64,000 nucleotides of DNA from Eledone cirrhosa (taxonomy: Eukaryota), in assembly GCA_964016885.1 (NCBI GenBank), contig OZ024743.1, forward strand, positions 263,996,001 through 264,060,000. The letters run 5' to 3'. Below the pieces are notes generated by a model that did not search any database, had not been told where the DNA came from, and saw only the letters and a list, made by a program, of their open reading frames with translations. Positions 14,601-29,203 of the stretch are shown here, piece after piece. Position numbers and translations under genes: made by a program. Within the stretch, counting starts at the first letter, position 1. Each line of letters begins with the position of its first letter.

Positions 14601-15372
14601 AACTGGTTGAAAAGAGGAGACCTTAAAAAGGCTACAGAAGGAATGCTAATGGCTGCGCAAGAGCAGGCCTTCAAAACGAAGTGGTTGAAACACCATATTT
14701 ACAAGGAGGAGGCTAGCCCACTGTGCAGCATCTGTTGAGAGAGAGAGGAGACCGTGGCTCACATTGTATCCGAGTGTAAACACCTAGCCCAGACTCACTA
14801 TAAGGGCTGGAGACATGATGTGATGGGGAGGGTGATCCACTGGCACCTATGCAAAGTAAACAATTTACCACATTCTGAGAAGTGCTATGAGCATAAGCAA
14901 GAGGCGGTGATAGAAAACGATGAGGTGAAGGTGCTGTGGGATTTTAGGATACAGACGGACAAGAAACTGGAACACAATAGACCTGACCTGGTTGTTTTGG
15001 ACAAGGAAAAAAGATCGTGCCTGATTGTGGATGTGGCCTGCCCATTCGACACGAGAGTGCAAGAGAAGGAGAGGGAGAAAATTAACCGATACTAGGATTT
15101 AAAGTGGGAGGTAAAAAGGATTTGGAACTGCTATGAAGTCAAAGTGGTCCCGATTGTCATAGGCGCACTAGGTACTATCTCAAAAAGTTTCAAGGGATGG
15201 TTAAAGAAAATTGGCCCCGGCCTGCTTTTTGGAACACTTCAAAAGGCATGCTTGCTGGGAACAGCAAGAACCCTCCAATACGTCCTGAATATCTGAGGCT
15301 GCAGGTAGTGGCTTGATATTCATTTCAACAAACTTTCCAGTTAACTAACATCAATGACTGAGACTCAAAGAA
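11630..15372 (+). mobile_element. R4/Dong-type non-LTR retrotransposon, family B copy 2 (disrupted ORF about 11892-15296)
   Basis: Collinear with and highly similar to 7230-11023 but with different disabling mutations; ends at (TAA)n 15373-15391. Confidence 0.92.
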
Positions 15373-16298
15373 CAATAATAATAATAATAATACATTAGTT
15401 AATTGGAATAACAATAATAATAGTTTAAATACTAATAATAGTAGAACACCTCTAAATAATAGTAATAATATGAATAGAAATAACATCGAAATGAATTGTA
15501 ACTGTAGAAGGAAATCCGAATGCCCTTTACAAAATAACTTCCTTGGCAAGAATCTAGTGTATAAATGAACCATTAAAACTACTAATAATAATACATATAA
15601 CTACATCGGTGCCACTTCATCTAAGTTTAATTTTCAGGTTTACAATCATAAACATTCTTTTTCTAATCCAGATAAAATATTTCTACATCACTCTCACAAT
15701 TAATATGCTCTTTGAAAATAAAAAAAATATCAAACACTCAATTTCTTGGAGTAAGGTAAAAAATTCTGATTCCTACCGAAATTCATCCATTTCACCAAAT
15801 TGCAATATTTGCAATTTAGAGACTCTATTGATAATTACTAATTATGGTAATTTAATTAATAAGAAAAATGAATTATTTAGCAGCTGTCAACATTATTCTG
15901 GAAGAATTTTTCAAACATTATACAAATTTCGAAAAAATATTGTCTATTAATAATTCTTAAAAAATTATATATATAAAGTTTTGCTTTACTGGTAAAAATT
16001 ATTTTGCCGCTTTTATATAGTAAATTAATCTCATGATGTATCTCAGTATCCTATGCTTGAATTTAGAAAGGTCATTGTTTAATTAGAAAATACTTGATTT
16101 GCGTTTTGAAATATCTTTTTTGTTTTTCAAAATACTTAAATCTTTTAAACGTTCACATATGATGAACGAGTTATCATCCTTTGTTTACATCCTTCGTAAA
16201 TAATTTTGTTCTGTCTGAATAGTTCTGTCTAAAGTATATTTAACATGATTTATATCAGTCTAATAATATATGGTAATCCTTAAAGGGATACTGTATAT

Positions 16299-16401
16299 AA
16301 TTGTTTCTACTTTAGGCACAAGGCCAGCAATTACCCAGTACATTACTGGTACTTTATTTTATCGACCCCGTAAGGATGAAAGGCAAAGTTAACCTCGGCG
16401 G
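16299..16401 (-). mobile_element. tRNA-derived SINE, 3' part
   Basis: Matches the family at 41800, 43197, 45812 and 49697. Confidence 0.8.
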
Positions 16402-17257
16402 TATATAATAATATGTTATTATGGAAGTAAATTAGAAATAATAAAACTTTTGAGATTAAATATAACTACAAATTAATCCTGTAATGAAATGACAATCAAT
16501 GAATTGAAATGATTTTATAAAGAAAATAGAATAATTCAGATAGTAAATGATTTTAATATAATATTTAATATATATACTGATGGTGATATATGCATATGTT
16601 TTAATAGATATCTTTATACATATTTAACAATTATTTTAATATGCTTTAAAGATTAAAATGTGTTTAAATATCATAACAAAATATTTAATGAATATACTAC
16701 TTAATTAAACTATATATCTGATGGCTATAGAAGAACATTTTTCTTTTTTTATTGTTCAATTTTTATTGTTTAATTTTGATTGTTTAATTTTATTGTTTAA
16801 TTTTTATTGTATAATTAGCTTAAACATAACCAAAATACAAAAGATATTAAACATTTCCTGTTATCTAATTGGTTGCCTTAATTTGACTTAATATTTGAAA
16901 ACAACGGTCTTTATACATATTCGCATCATTTCTTTCTTTTTTTTTTGTCGTTATTTCTTCTTTCTTATTCTCTCTTCTCTCTCTCTTCCTTTTTCTTTTT
17001 ATATATTTATTCCCTAATACTTCTATTTACTCATTTTATATATGTATGTGTTTATTTATTTTCTTCTTGCATTTCCCCATATTCACCCCCTCCATATACC
17101 CATATCGCGCTCCACATCCTCTTCTTCTTTAAATTTAAGTGTATCATGTTATTATTTGTGGTATATAAATGTTGAGATTTGTTGTAATAAATCACTGCCA
17201 ATACTCGAATTGAACTATCAAGACAGTTGAGGTATGTCATACATCAATTCATGTATA

Positions 17258-17317
17258 TTATCTGACGAGGACGTACTGAAAAAACAGTACAGTACCTTCG
17301 AAATATATATAATAAAA
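17258..17317 (+). ncRNA. Type I hammerhead ribozyme motif (minimal, PLE type)
   Basis: TTAT-CTGACGA(17262)-helix II containing GTACTG/CAGTAC-GAAA(17300)-palindrome TATATA-TA-ATAA. Confidence 0.65.
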
Positions 17318-17372
17318 CCTATATTTTCATTATGTGAATGTTTTCATTTATTATTATTCTGAATATATATAT

Positions 17373-17500
17373 ATAGGAACGAGTAGGACCCCGACGGCTG
17401 AGCTTAAGCCGTTTCGACGGCAAATTCTGGACTAGAATTCGTCCAGAATTAGCCGTCGAAACGGCTTGAGCTCAGCCGTCGGGGTCCTACTCGTTCCTAT
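17373..17500. repeat. Near-perfect palindrome with 60-bp arms and 8-nt loop, containing the 3' half of an HHR
   Basis: Arms 17373-17432 and 17441-17500 with 2 mismatches; the right arm has GAAACGGC...GCCGTC. Confidence 0.9.
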
Positions 17501-17576
17501 TACCCACTCTACTACCCTAAGTATTGAGTACTTTGGTGCGTTATGGTCCATCTGGTTCGTTACCACATTTCCCTAG

Positions 17577-17577
<1 letters not shown>

Positions 17578-17673
<96 letters not shown>

Positions 17674-17681
17674 CATATATG

Positions 17682-17726
<45 letters not shown>

Positions 17727-17734
17727 ATATACAT

Positions 17735-17817
<83 letters not shown>
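17578..17817. repeat. (TA)n-dominated compound microsatellite
   Basis: Seen directly. Confidence 0.97.
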
Positions 17818-17818
<1 letters not shown>

Positions 17819-18035
17819 TGTAAATAAAACCCTTTTTGTACTGTTGACAATGTTATTCTTCACTCTTTCACTATTATTGCTCCAAGATTAACCTACATAG
17901 GTATTCCCGGGAACTCACCACCTAACTAAGGAAACCTTTTCTCGAGTCATACAACGCCGTACGTTAAAACTATCTACAATACATAGTACTCACAACCTGT
18001 AACTGGATTACCTATAACGATAATTTGTTTTCCCA
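17818..18035 (+). mobile_element. PLE terminal (pLTR-like) fragment, a diverged inverted copy of 18241-18452
   Basis: The reverse complement of 18241-18452 aligns along its length (e.g. CACTCTTTCACTATTATT, GTTAAAACTATC, AGTACTCACAACCT). Confidence 0.75.
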
Positions 18036-18145
18036 TGTATATATACATAAATATATCTTATCAAGCCCTCTTTGGATTTATTATTATTACTATATTTATT
18101 ATTATTACTATATATATATATATATATATATATAGTAATAATATA

Positions 18146-18192
18146 ATTCCTGATGATTTCTAAAGAATGAAACAGTTCTAGTCCTGTAGAAT
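18146..18192 (+). ncRNA. Type I hammerhead ribozyme motif, isolated between (TA)n tracts
   Basis: ATTC-CTGATGA-TTTC TAAA GAAT-GAAA-CAG ttctagtc CTG-TA-GAAT; all three helices can form; GUA cleavage triplet. Confidence 0.7.
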
Positions 18193-18240
18193 CTCATCTA
18201 TATATATATATATATACACACACACATATATATATATATA

Positions 18241-21170
18241 GGATAACAAGGTATCGTTTAAGGTAACCCAGCTAGAGGTTGTGAGTACTCTGTACTGTGG
18301 ATAGTTTTAACTTATGGCGTTGTTTGACTCAACAAGTAGCTTCCTTATTTAGGTGGCGAGTTAAGATACTTCTCTGCAAGTGGCTCTTGGAGTAATAATA
18401 GTGAAAGAGTGAACAACAACATGGTCGGCTGTACAAAAATGTTTATTTACAGTATTAACAATTGTTTCATTAATCAGGTGATTCTAAAGGCCGCTGATCG
18501 CTAGAAATTATGTCTCTCGACCTTAATTACAGTGTGTGTCTCCGATCAAATCATTGGAATACACTATGTCTGGACCTAAAAGTACCTTCTTCGGGGTTTA
18601 AGAAACTATCAGTGGAAAATTTTCCAATTTCCTCTGTTTGGGATAAAATTTTGATTTTGATTAACATTTTTTTCTAAGTAGTTTTCAATCGTTTTCTGAT
18701 GGTTATTTCGCATTCAACTAGAGTAATGTCAATTACCAATATAGTATTTCGCAAAATCAATTTTCTCTTTTGTATGAGATGTTTAGTTTGTGTGCTGTGG
18801 GTATGTCTTTTTATGTCAAGTACTGTGTGCTGAGTTCTAATCTATTATTTATTTGCGGGTTGAGTCTACCTAAGAGCAAGGCTTCCTTAATTCTTATATT
18901 TCCCACATTTCTATCACTGGCTTTAATAGAAACGGTAATATGTTAGTTGATGTTTCTATATTTGTCAATATGTTTTTTGAATAAGTATGCGTGTTGATGT
19001 ATTCTTTAATGCGAATTTGGAGTGCTCGAGTCCTGCTACCAATGTAAAACCCCTTATATCTGTTGTATTTAATCCGGTATACCACATTTGTCAGCTGGCA
19101 CATACCTGTATCGTGGATAGCGCAGTTAGTCAGCGAGCATTGATTATTGTTGTTTCTGGATTGCTTTTTAGACAGGTATCCCTGCAGTAAAGTCGGAGAG
19201 AGCTAATTGTATGTCTAGTCATTCTTTGCGGATCGCTCTGCGGATAGCTGTGGTTATGCTTTCACTGAAATGTGGTAATTTCATGAAGCAGGTGTTAGAG
19301 GAGGTCTTATGCCTGAGGCGACTTCGATTCTTAAATCGATTCACTGTGGATGTTTGGTATCCATTCGTCTTCAATACATCTATGAAGTGTGCAGTGTGAG
19401 CGATCTGGTCATCTGTTTTAGCTACATTTATTCGAGATACGCGTAAGTTCATTATTTATGTATCCGGTTTTAGAACCAAGGGGAAGGGCTGATCTACAAT
19501 GCACAAACAGGTCTCTCCTGGCAGCTTTCTTATACAAATTGGTGTATATAGTACCTTCTTCAGACAAGGAACCATTTTTATCGGGGATTTCTGTGGTAAA
19601 TCGTATGTTGTTATCTGTGTTTGAAAATGCCATAGATATTATGTCGGCTTCTTCACGGGATGATGTGAGCATGAGTATATCATCTGTGTATCGGGTGAAG
19701 AAAATACGGGAGCGGCAGGTGTTGAGCGCTCGACGTTCCAGTTGGTTCATATAGGTGATGGCTAGAAGGCTTGAAACACTAGACTGCATGGCTAGGCCTG
19801 TTGTTTCTTTGTATGTTTGGTGGTGGAAAGTGAAATATATATTTTCTACGATGGCGGATGCAAGCTGATATATGTCTTGTGGAGTGAGGTCGATGCAGTA
19901 TGTATATGTTGTATGAAATGATGCAGTCAATCACTAGGTTGACCGCTGGCTGAGCGGGTACTATCGTGTAGAGGGAGACAACGTCGAGGCTAAAGGCATA
20001 TCTGTTGAGTTTGAATTGGTTATGTTGTAGTTGATGTAGTCTTTGTATGACTTCGTCGTCGGCGCTGTTGACATGTCCCAGAAAAGTCGCGAGCATAAGC
20101 TTGAGTATCTGGGAAAGGAACCAGGTTTTATAGAGATGTCCTTCTATACTCCAGACAATTCGTCTAATTTGTAGATTAACACTGGTTTTGTGGGTTTTAA
20201 TGAGGTGGTAGAACATTGGAAGTCTACTGTTTCTTGTGGTGAGGTTGTTTTTATATTTGTTGTGGAGTTGTCTACGTCTGTAGATATCCATCCAGGTGGT
20301 GCTGATGTGATCTTCAATCTGGGATGCAGCTATGTCTGTCATATCTGTATATAGTTCACCGCTGTTAAGGTGCTCTTAAGCCAAGCCGTTGTATGTGTCG
20401 CTCGAGATGATGCGGAATTGTTTCTCTTGGTCGGAAGGGAGGTATACGAGGTCCTTCTCTTGCATGTTGTTTAGAATGAGGTTTTTTTTCCTGGATAGGT
20501 GAGGGAGTACCTTCTTATGTTTCAGAAATATACTAAATCTAGACTGTTTAAGTCTGGAGAGTTTGAGGTCAATCTCTCGTTTGATAGCTGGTGGAGAGAG
20601 TGGGTGGTCTAAGTGGTATATAGAAAATTTAGTGTTGTTCATCGCAGTAGTAGTATTGTTGTCAGTGGAGTTGTTTATTACTGACAGTCATTTGAGTTGG
20701 TAGGCAGCTCGACAAAAGCCTACTTCTAGATTTAGTTTCATCCTGTCATCTAGTCGCGGATTTAATATAAATTTTAGGCCAAGGCTGAGGAGTTTAAGTT
20801 CTTCGTGTGATAGCGATCCTGTCAAGTCTGTGACGAGAGTTGTGACATTCTTTGAAGTGTTGGTGACCTCAGTGGTGGTAGTTCCTTGACTGTCTCTGTT
20901 GTTGTAGTGTGAAGAATTGTTGCGGTGATGTTTCTTGCAAAGCCATATGAATTTTCGTTTCAGGCGTTTCTTCTTGAGATTAAAGCGATTCTGATAACAT
21001 CGATTTATAGCAAGCAGTTGTTTTCTGGAGGAGTGACTCTGGGGATATAATTAGTTTTGGAAGTGTTTCGGAGGTTTTGTTGTATGTATTGCTGGAGTTG
21101 CTAGTGTGAGTGTTGTAATGATTTTCTTCATGCAGAATTTGCGTAAATACTCTATTGGCTGCGTGAGGTT
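18241..21170 (-). mobile_element. Degraded Penelope-like element (RT plus C-terminal GIY-YIG)
   Basis: FYHLIKTHK, FSLDVVSLYTIVP, TRYTDDIL and VVYRIK..FYIGSRTRAL across frameshifted ORFs 18894-20642; both ends abut (TA)n. Confidence 0.85.
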
Positions 21171-21201
<31 letters not shown>

Positions 21202-21216
21202 AAGGTGAAGACACCC

Positions 21217-21218
<2 letters not shown>

Positions 21219-21312
<94 letters not shown>

Positions 21313-21603
21313 TGTGTGCGTGCGTGCACGTGTGTGTGTGCGTGCGTGCACGTGTGTGTGCGCGTGTGTGTATATGTTTGTGTGTGTGTGAGTCCCGAGT
21401 GTGTGAGTCCCGAGTAAACAGATTAAATAAGGTAAACAATAGTTTTGTAGAGTGTATATAAATAAGACCTTTGTGTGTTCGTTGACCAGCAATTACACGA
21501 AATCCTGAATGCATTTGTAACAATTAAAGTATTGTCTGAAAACGGTCTCTCACAATATATCTCACTCTATCTTTCTTTTTTTTCATATTTATTTCTCTCT
21601 CTT

Positions 21604-21652
<49 letters not shown>

Positions 21653-22183
21653 CTCTCTCTCTCCCCCTCACACTCTCCCTCTCTCTCTGTATATATATAT
21701 ATATATGAAGTAATTCCGTCGGAAAGGTCCAGGAAAAAATAGTGCTCTATGTAGGTTACAGAGCTTAATAGTTATGTAATAAACAACATAGGGCAATTAT
21801 TTCATTTACCAGTGGTTTCTTGAAAGCAAATAATTTGCTTTCAATCATCAAAATGAAAAAGTCCTGGTGTATTTATTGACATTGGATTTTAAAAACAAAA
21901 ATATAATCTATATGAAAGTGAGGCTGGAAAAGGAAGAAGGAAAGGAAAAATAAACACACATGCTCACACACACACAATTACACACTCACATACATATATA
22001 TAAATACACATATATATACATACATATACACACATATATATATATATATATATATACATACATACACATATACATACACTTACAAATACACATACATATA
22101 CATACATACACACATATGTATCAACATATGCATACATACACATACACATACACACAAATACACAAATACACACACACACACAC

Positions 22184-22236
<53 letters not shown>

Positions 22237-22745
22237 TATATATATATATATGTATATATATATACATACACATAATCATACATATATACACACGTATATA
22301 CACGCACATACATACACACATATATACACGCATGCATACGCATACACAAATATAGATATATGTACACACACCTACATACGCACACACACAATTATAAGAA
22401 AAAATATAATAATAAAAATACCGTCACATAAGAATAAAAAATAAATGTAAAAATTATTATAAAGTTGACAGCGATACAGGCAACAAATAAATGAACAAAC
22501 ACACGTGGTAAGCAATACACACAATTGCACATACACATACATACATAAAAATAAATACATATAACACACACACACATATACATATACACATACATACACA
22601 TACACATATACATACACACATATAAATACATACATATACACACACATACATATAAATACAAACACACACATGTATGTGTGTAAAACTCATTCTTAGATGT
22701 ATTCATTGAACGTTGTTTAACTCTTAAATATATATATATATACAC

Positions 22746-22800
<55 letters not shown>
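21219..22800. repeat. Compound (GT)n, (CT)n, (TA)n and (CA/TA) low-complexity tract
   Basis: Seen directly; short unique pieces are interspersed. Confidence 0.9.
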
Positions 22801-22803
<3 letters not shown>

Positions 22804-23886
22804 GTTTACATATATATATATATACATATATACATATACGTGTTTTGCAACGGGTCACTTTGTGGCTCAATGAAAAGTTAATAAATTAAATAATCAGAGC
22901 TATATATCATAAAACATGTCTATAGAATCACCAGATACAATATATACCATTTCCTCTCCCAATGTATTCTCTTTTCTCCTAGTTTATTTTACACCTAATT
23001 CTGTTTAATCGACTGTATATCTGGGCGATTACGCTGTCGAAATATTCGATAAATATTCCGTCTCAGCCGACGCGAAGGGCTAGTTTCGGTTATTTGTTGG
23101 AGATTTCTTCATAGAAGCCTTATTCTTATAGCCTGGTCTATTCGATTTTTTATATGGTTAATTATGCTAATTAGGAGAGGAAATGGTATATATTTTATCT
23201 GGTGATTCTATAGACATGTTTTATGATATATAGCTCTGATTATTTAATTTATTAACTTTTCATTGAGCCACAAAGTGACCCGTTGCAAGACACGTATATG
23301 TATATATGTATATATATATATATATATATATGTAAACCTTTATAGGTAATAATCTCCCATTAGGTTGAGATACAAATTGTGGCTGTATTGTGCTATGCTT
23401 TCTAGCAAAAAACCACCTGCCGTAAGCAACTGACCACACTCCTTCTAACCTGACCGCTGCTACGTCACGATTCTTAGCCATTTTTGAATGTATTCTTGGC
23501 GCGATCACTTTGGAAAATTTATAGTCTAGATTTGAGCAAACTCTTGAAGAGTCCGGTGCTCGAGTTTCCGAAGTTATTGGAAATCTCAAAATGCGGACGA
23601 AACCATGGTCGAAGTAAATAAATGTATTCTCTTTTCTCCTAGTTTATTTTACACCTAATTCTGTTTAATCGACTGTATATCTGGGCGATTACGCTGTCGA
23701 AATATTCGATAAATATTCCGTCTCAGCCGACGCGAAGGGCTAGTTTCGGTTATTTGTTGGAGATTTCTTCATAGAAGCCTTATTCTTATAGCCTGGTCTA
23801 TTCGATTTTTTATATGGTTAATTATGCTAATTAGGAGAGGAAATGGTATATATTTTATCTGGTGATTCTATAGACATGTTTTATGA

Positions 23887-23890
<4 letters not shown>
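22801..23890 (+). mobile_element. ORF-less retrozyme-like or non-autonomous PLE insertion: 660-bp unit, partial tandem copy, inverted 5' arm and one HHR
   Basis: Direct repeat 22961-23230 = 23621-23890; inverted repeat 22801-22959 / 23174-23341; flanked by (TA)n. Confidence 0.8.
23538..23615 (+). ncRNA. Type I hammerhead ribozyme motif (core variant TTGAAGA)
   Basis: TTGAAGA-GTCC...(GAGTTTCC/GGAAATCTC)...GGAC-GAAA-CCATGG-TC-GAAGT; GUC triplet ends at 23610. Confidence 0.7.
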
Positions 23891-23968
<78 letters not shown>

Positions 23969-24188
23969 CCCACACACACACACATATACATACATATACA
24001 TACATATATATATACATATAGGAAAAAGTATGACGCCGACGGCAGAGCTCAAGCCGTTTCTGAGGCTATTATATATATATACACACATAAACAATTATAT
24101 AAAAATATACATATACACACTCCCACACATATCTACAAAAAGTTACGTCACCACCTTAATAAAAATACACACACACAAATATAAAAAA

Positions 24189-24219
<31 letters not shown>

Positions 24220-24322
24220 CAGACACACAAATACAACAGAATCATATAAAATACAATTATATACACATATACATATAAATACATATATATATAACTATAT
24301 ATACACATACATATACATGCCT

Positions 24323-24457
<135 letters not shown>

Positions 24458-24479
24458 TACACACAACACACACACACAG

Positions 24480-25950
24480 AAATAAATATATAAAAATAAC
24501 TAAAAATAAAAAAAGAGGGTATGTAAAGAGTGAGGTAGAAAGTAGGGGGAATAAGGAAAATAAATACATTGGAAAAGGTTTAAATATAAGGAGAGATAAG
24601 GGAGAAAAAGAATATAAGAGTACAGAAAGTGAGTTCAGAAGGTAAAAAAACCGTAGAGGATGTAAGGCGTAGAGAGCAGTGAAGAAGTTCAAGGTGGTTG
24701 AGTCATCGTAGGAATGTCAATCCAGTTACAGATCAGATGTGATTTCAGGTGAAGACAACATCTGAAGATCTCGGTCTTGGAGTTCAGGCAAGTTGAGGTG
24801 GCTTTCAAGTTTTGTAAAATCCTAAATTTTTCAGTGGTACACAATGAACAATTCTTTGTGCCCCCTACTTCGAATGGTCTAAAATATACCAATCGATAGA
24901 GTACGGGATGTTTTTATCCTTGAATTCCCACACTTTATTTGCGAGAGCCGTTGCTGTTCCTTTATCGGAGTGTTTAAAAGAAGCGACATGTGCATAAAAC
25001 CTGGTTTTAAACCTGTCGTGAGTCATGCCAACATATCGTTTACTCCTGGCTGGCTGGTTGTTAATTAAAGGTGTCACTTTGGCCTCATATATAACGGATT
25101 TGGTGTTCCGTTTGCCCTGTAATGGGCATTCATCCGGCTTCCTGCAACTGCATCCTGGATTTATTCTCGTACGATTAGAATTAGTGATTTTAGACTTCAT
25201 TGATGGGCAGCAAGAGTAACTGATTTTAACTACATTTCTATTAAATATCTTATAATATCTATGATTAGGAGGAAAATGTTTGTCTAAGAGGTCAAGGAAT
25301 TTCCTTCCTACATTAGTTTTGACAGTTAGAGAGAAGGGGGGTGTAAACCAAATAATTTTCCTTTTCCTATTATTGTGGTTAGTTTTAGGGGGAGGAGTAG
25401 GTAACAAATTAATGTGTTCTGTAAATCCGCTGTTATTAAGGGCTTTATTATAATAAGGAGCGGCTTTATTAAAAATGTATAGGGACGAAGATAAGGTAGA
25501 ATTCCTACGGCTAATGTTGGGAATAAGATTTTTAAAAACTATAGGGCGATGGCAAGACTCTTTGTGTATATATTTAAGATTTTCGTTAGGTTTATGATAA
25601 GGTTTAAAAGAGGCAGTAAGTAGATCAAGATTAATGTCAAGAAAGTTAGCATTGGTATGGTTCGTATCTATAGTAATTTTAAGGTTAAGATTAGCAAAAG
25701 TATTGATTAAATCTTTACGGAATTTATCAAGGTTATGGCCGTTGGTGGTATGAGAAACTGCCAATCCGTCGTCACGGTATAAACCGATATTATGGGAAGG
25801 AAATTTCTCTTTGAGGGTGTGGAGAAGGAATAATCCTACTAAGTCACACACATCGGCACTGTCATATGAACCCATTGCAACTTCAAAAGAGTTTTCAGGG
25901 TTTGACTTTTTAACCCAAATACTTTCATTAGTAAAGAGTAGATTTCAAAC
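24480..25950 (-). mobile_element. 5'-truncated Penelope-like element (YRDDG-type RT plus GIY-YIG)
   Basis: ORF 24865-25875: MGSYDSADVCDLVG, LYRDDGL, IIWFTPPFS, CSCRKPDECPL, VIYEA..YVGMT..FKTRF; frameshifted tail 24689-24892 (CSLCTTEK). Confidence 0.88.
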
Positions 25951-26391
25951 CGTCTGGCAAGATGACAATAGTTCCATATGACTGATTTTCACAAAAAGCA
26001 TTCCTGGTCAGATATATATTCAATTAAGGTTAATAGTATGAAATAGATACTACAGGCCATTCTTAAATTGAGGAATTTATGTGGAGTGGTGCTACTGAAA
26101 TATATGGTTAGAGCAGAAAATTTACAAATAAAAAGACTTATGTAGGTTGGTTTGCACTACACTCACGCCCACCTCCACAGATACACATACACATCCACAC
26201 ATACAAAATGTGGGGTGGTAATACTTAAAATAATGGTTAGAGTCCAATACTTAGATAGTTTAGAAACTTTAGAAATAAAAGGTTTATGCTGGTTGACTTG
26301 TACATACATTCACACCTACCCCCCCAGACACTCACACAAAGATATATAAGCCTTTGAGAAAAAGGATTTTAAACTAGTAAGGTATTAGATA

Positions 26392-28264
<1,873 letters not shown>

Positions 28265-28271
<7 letters not shown>

Positions 28272-29203
28272 AATTCATATCTAGTAACATATATATACAT
28301 ACAGATGCATATCAATGCTAGCAAATATATAGGTTTTCTCAATGGCTTGGAATTATATATATATATATAATAAAGAATTCATATCTAGTAACATATATAT
28401 ACATACAGATGCATATCAATGCTAGCAAATATATAGATTTTCTCAATGGCTTGGAATTCAGTCCACGCTTCGCTATTTCCTATCCACTGAATTATTTTTT
28501 AATAAGTTTCCAGTGTCCTCGCTTTGCCTGGAAACTTACATGAGAATAGACTTTCCTGACGACGGAATGCTTCTCCATATTATTCTTCGGAAAATATATT
28601 TACTCCATTCCAGAAACTAATTAGTTGGAAGTGATATTTTAGTAAGTAAGTTAATTTTATAATTTTCTTATTTTACGTCTCTTATATTATTGTTCTGCAA
28701 CCCCATGCATTGAACCACACTGTTATTAAGACAAAACCTATATATTTGCTAGCATTGATATGCATCTGTATGTATATATATGTTACTAGATATCAATTCT
28801 TTATTATTATCTCCAAATTATTTGTCGAGCAATATTGGCCATGACTGCTGCCACGGTTGTAGGCAGGCCGCTGTCTTATTAGCAGACCACTTTCCACTGA
28901 TTGACCTCGATGTCACATGTTCGATTCTTTTTGAATTTACCACAGACGTAGAGGCTGTGATTTTCTCAATGGCTTGGAATTCAGTCCACGCTTCACTATT
29001 TCCTATCCACTGAATTATTTTTTAATAAGTTTCCAGTGTCCTCGCTTTGCCTGGAAACTTACATGAGAATATACTTTCCTGACGACGGAATGCTTCTCCA
29101 TATTATTCTTCGGAAAATATATTTACTCCATTCCAGAAACTAATTAGTTGGAAGTGATATTTTAGTAAGTAAGTTAATTATATAATTTTCTTATTTTACG
29201 TCT

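Larger units (their letters stand above)
15400..17362 (+). mobile_element. 5'-truncated Penelope-like element: GIY-YIG remnant, long AT-rich 3' region and terminal HHR
   Basis: CNCRRKSECPL..NLVYK*..YIGATS and CNICNLE..LINKKNELFSSCQH, homologous to the C-terminus encoded at 24689-25875; HHR at 17258; ends at (TA)n. The assignment of the 3' region is inferred. Confidence 0.6.

Noticed and set aside
3441-15062. Antisense and alternative-frame ORFs overlapping the LINEs (also at 37198-40186 and 50595-52213)
   Set aside because: They are shadows of retroelement ORFs with no recognisable domains.
18520-18600. Minus-strand HHR in the terminal repeat of the 18-21 kb PLE (CCGAAGA...GAGAC)
   Set aside because: Both core boxes are mutated and the helices are poor; at best a relic.
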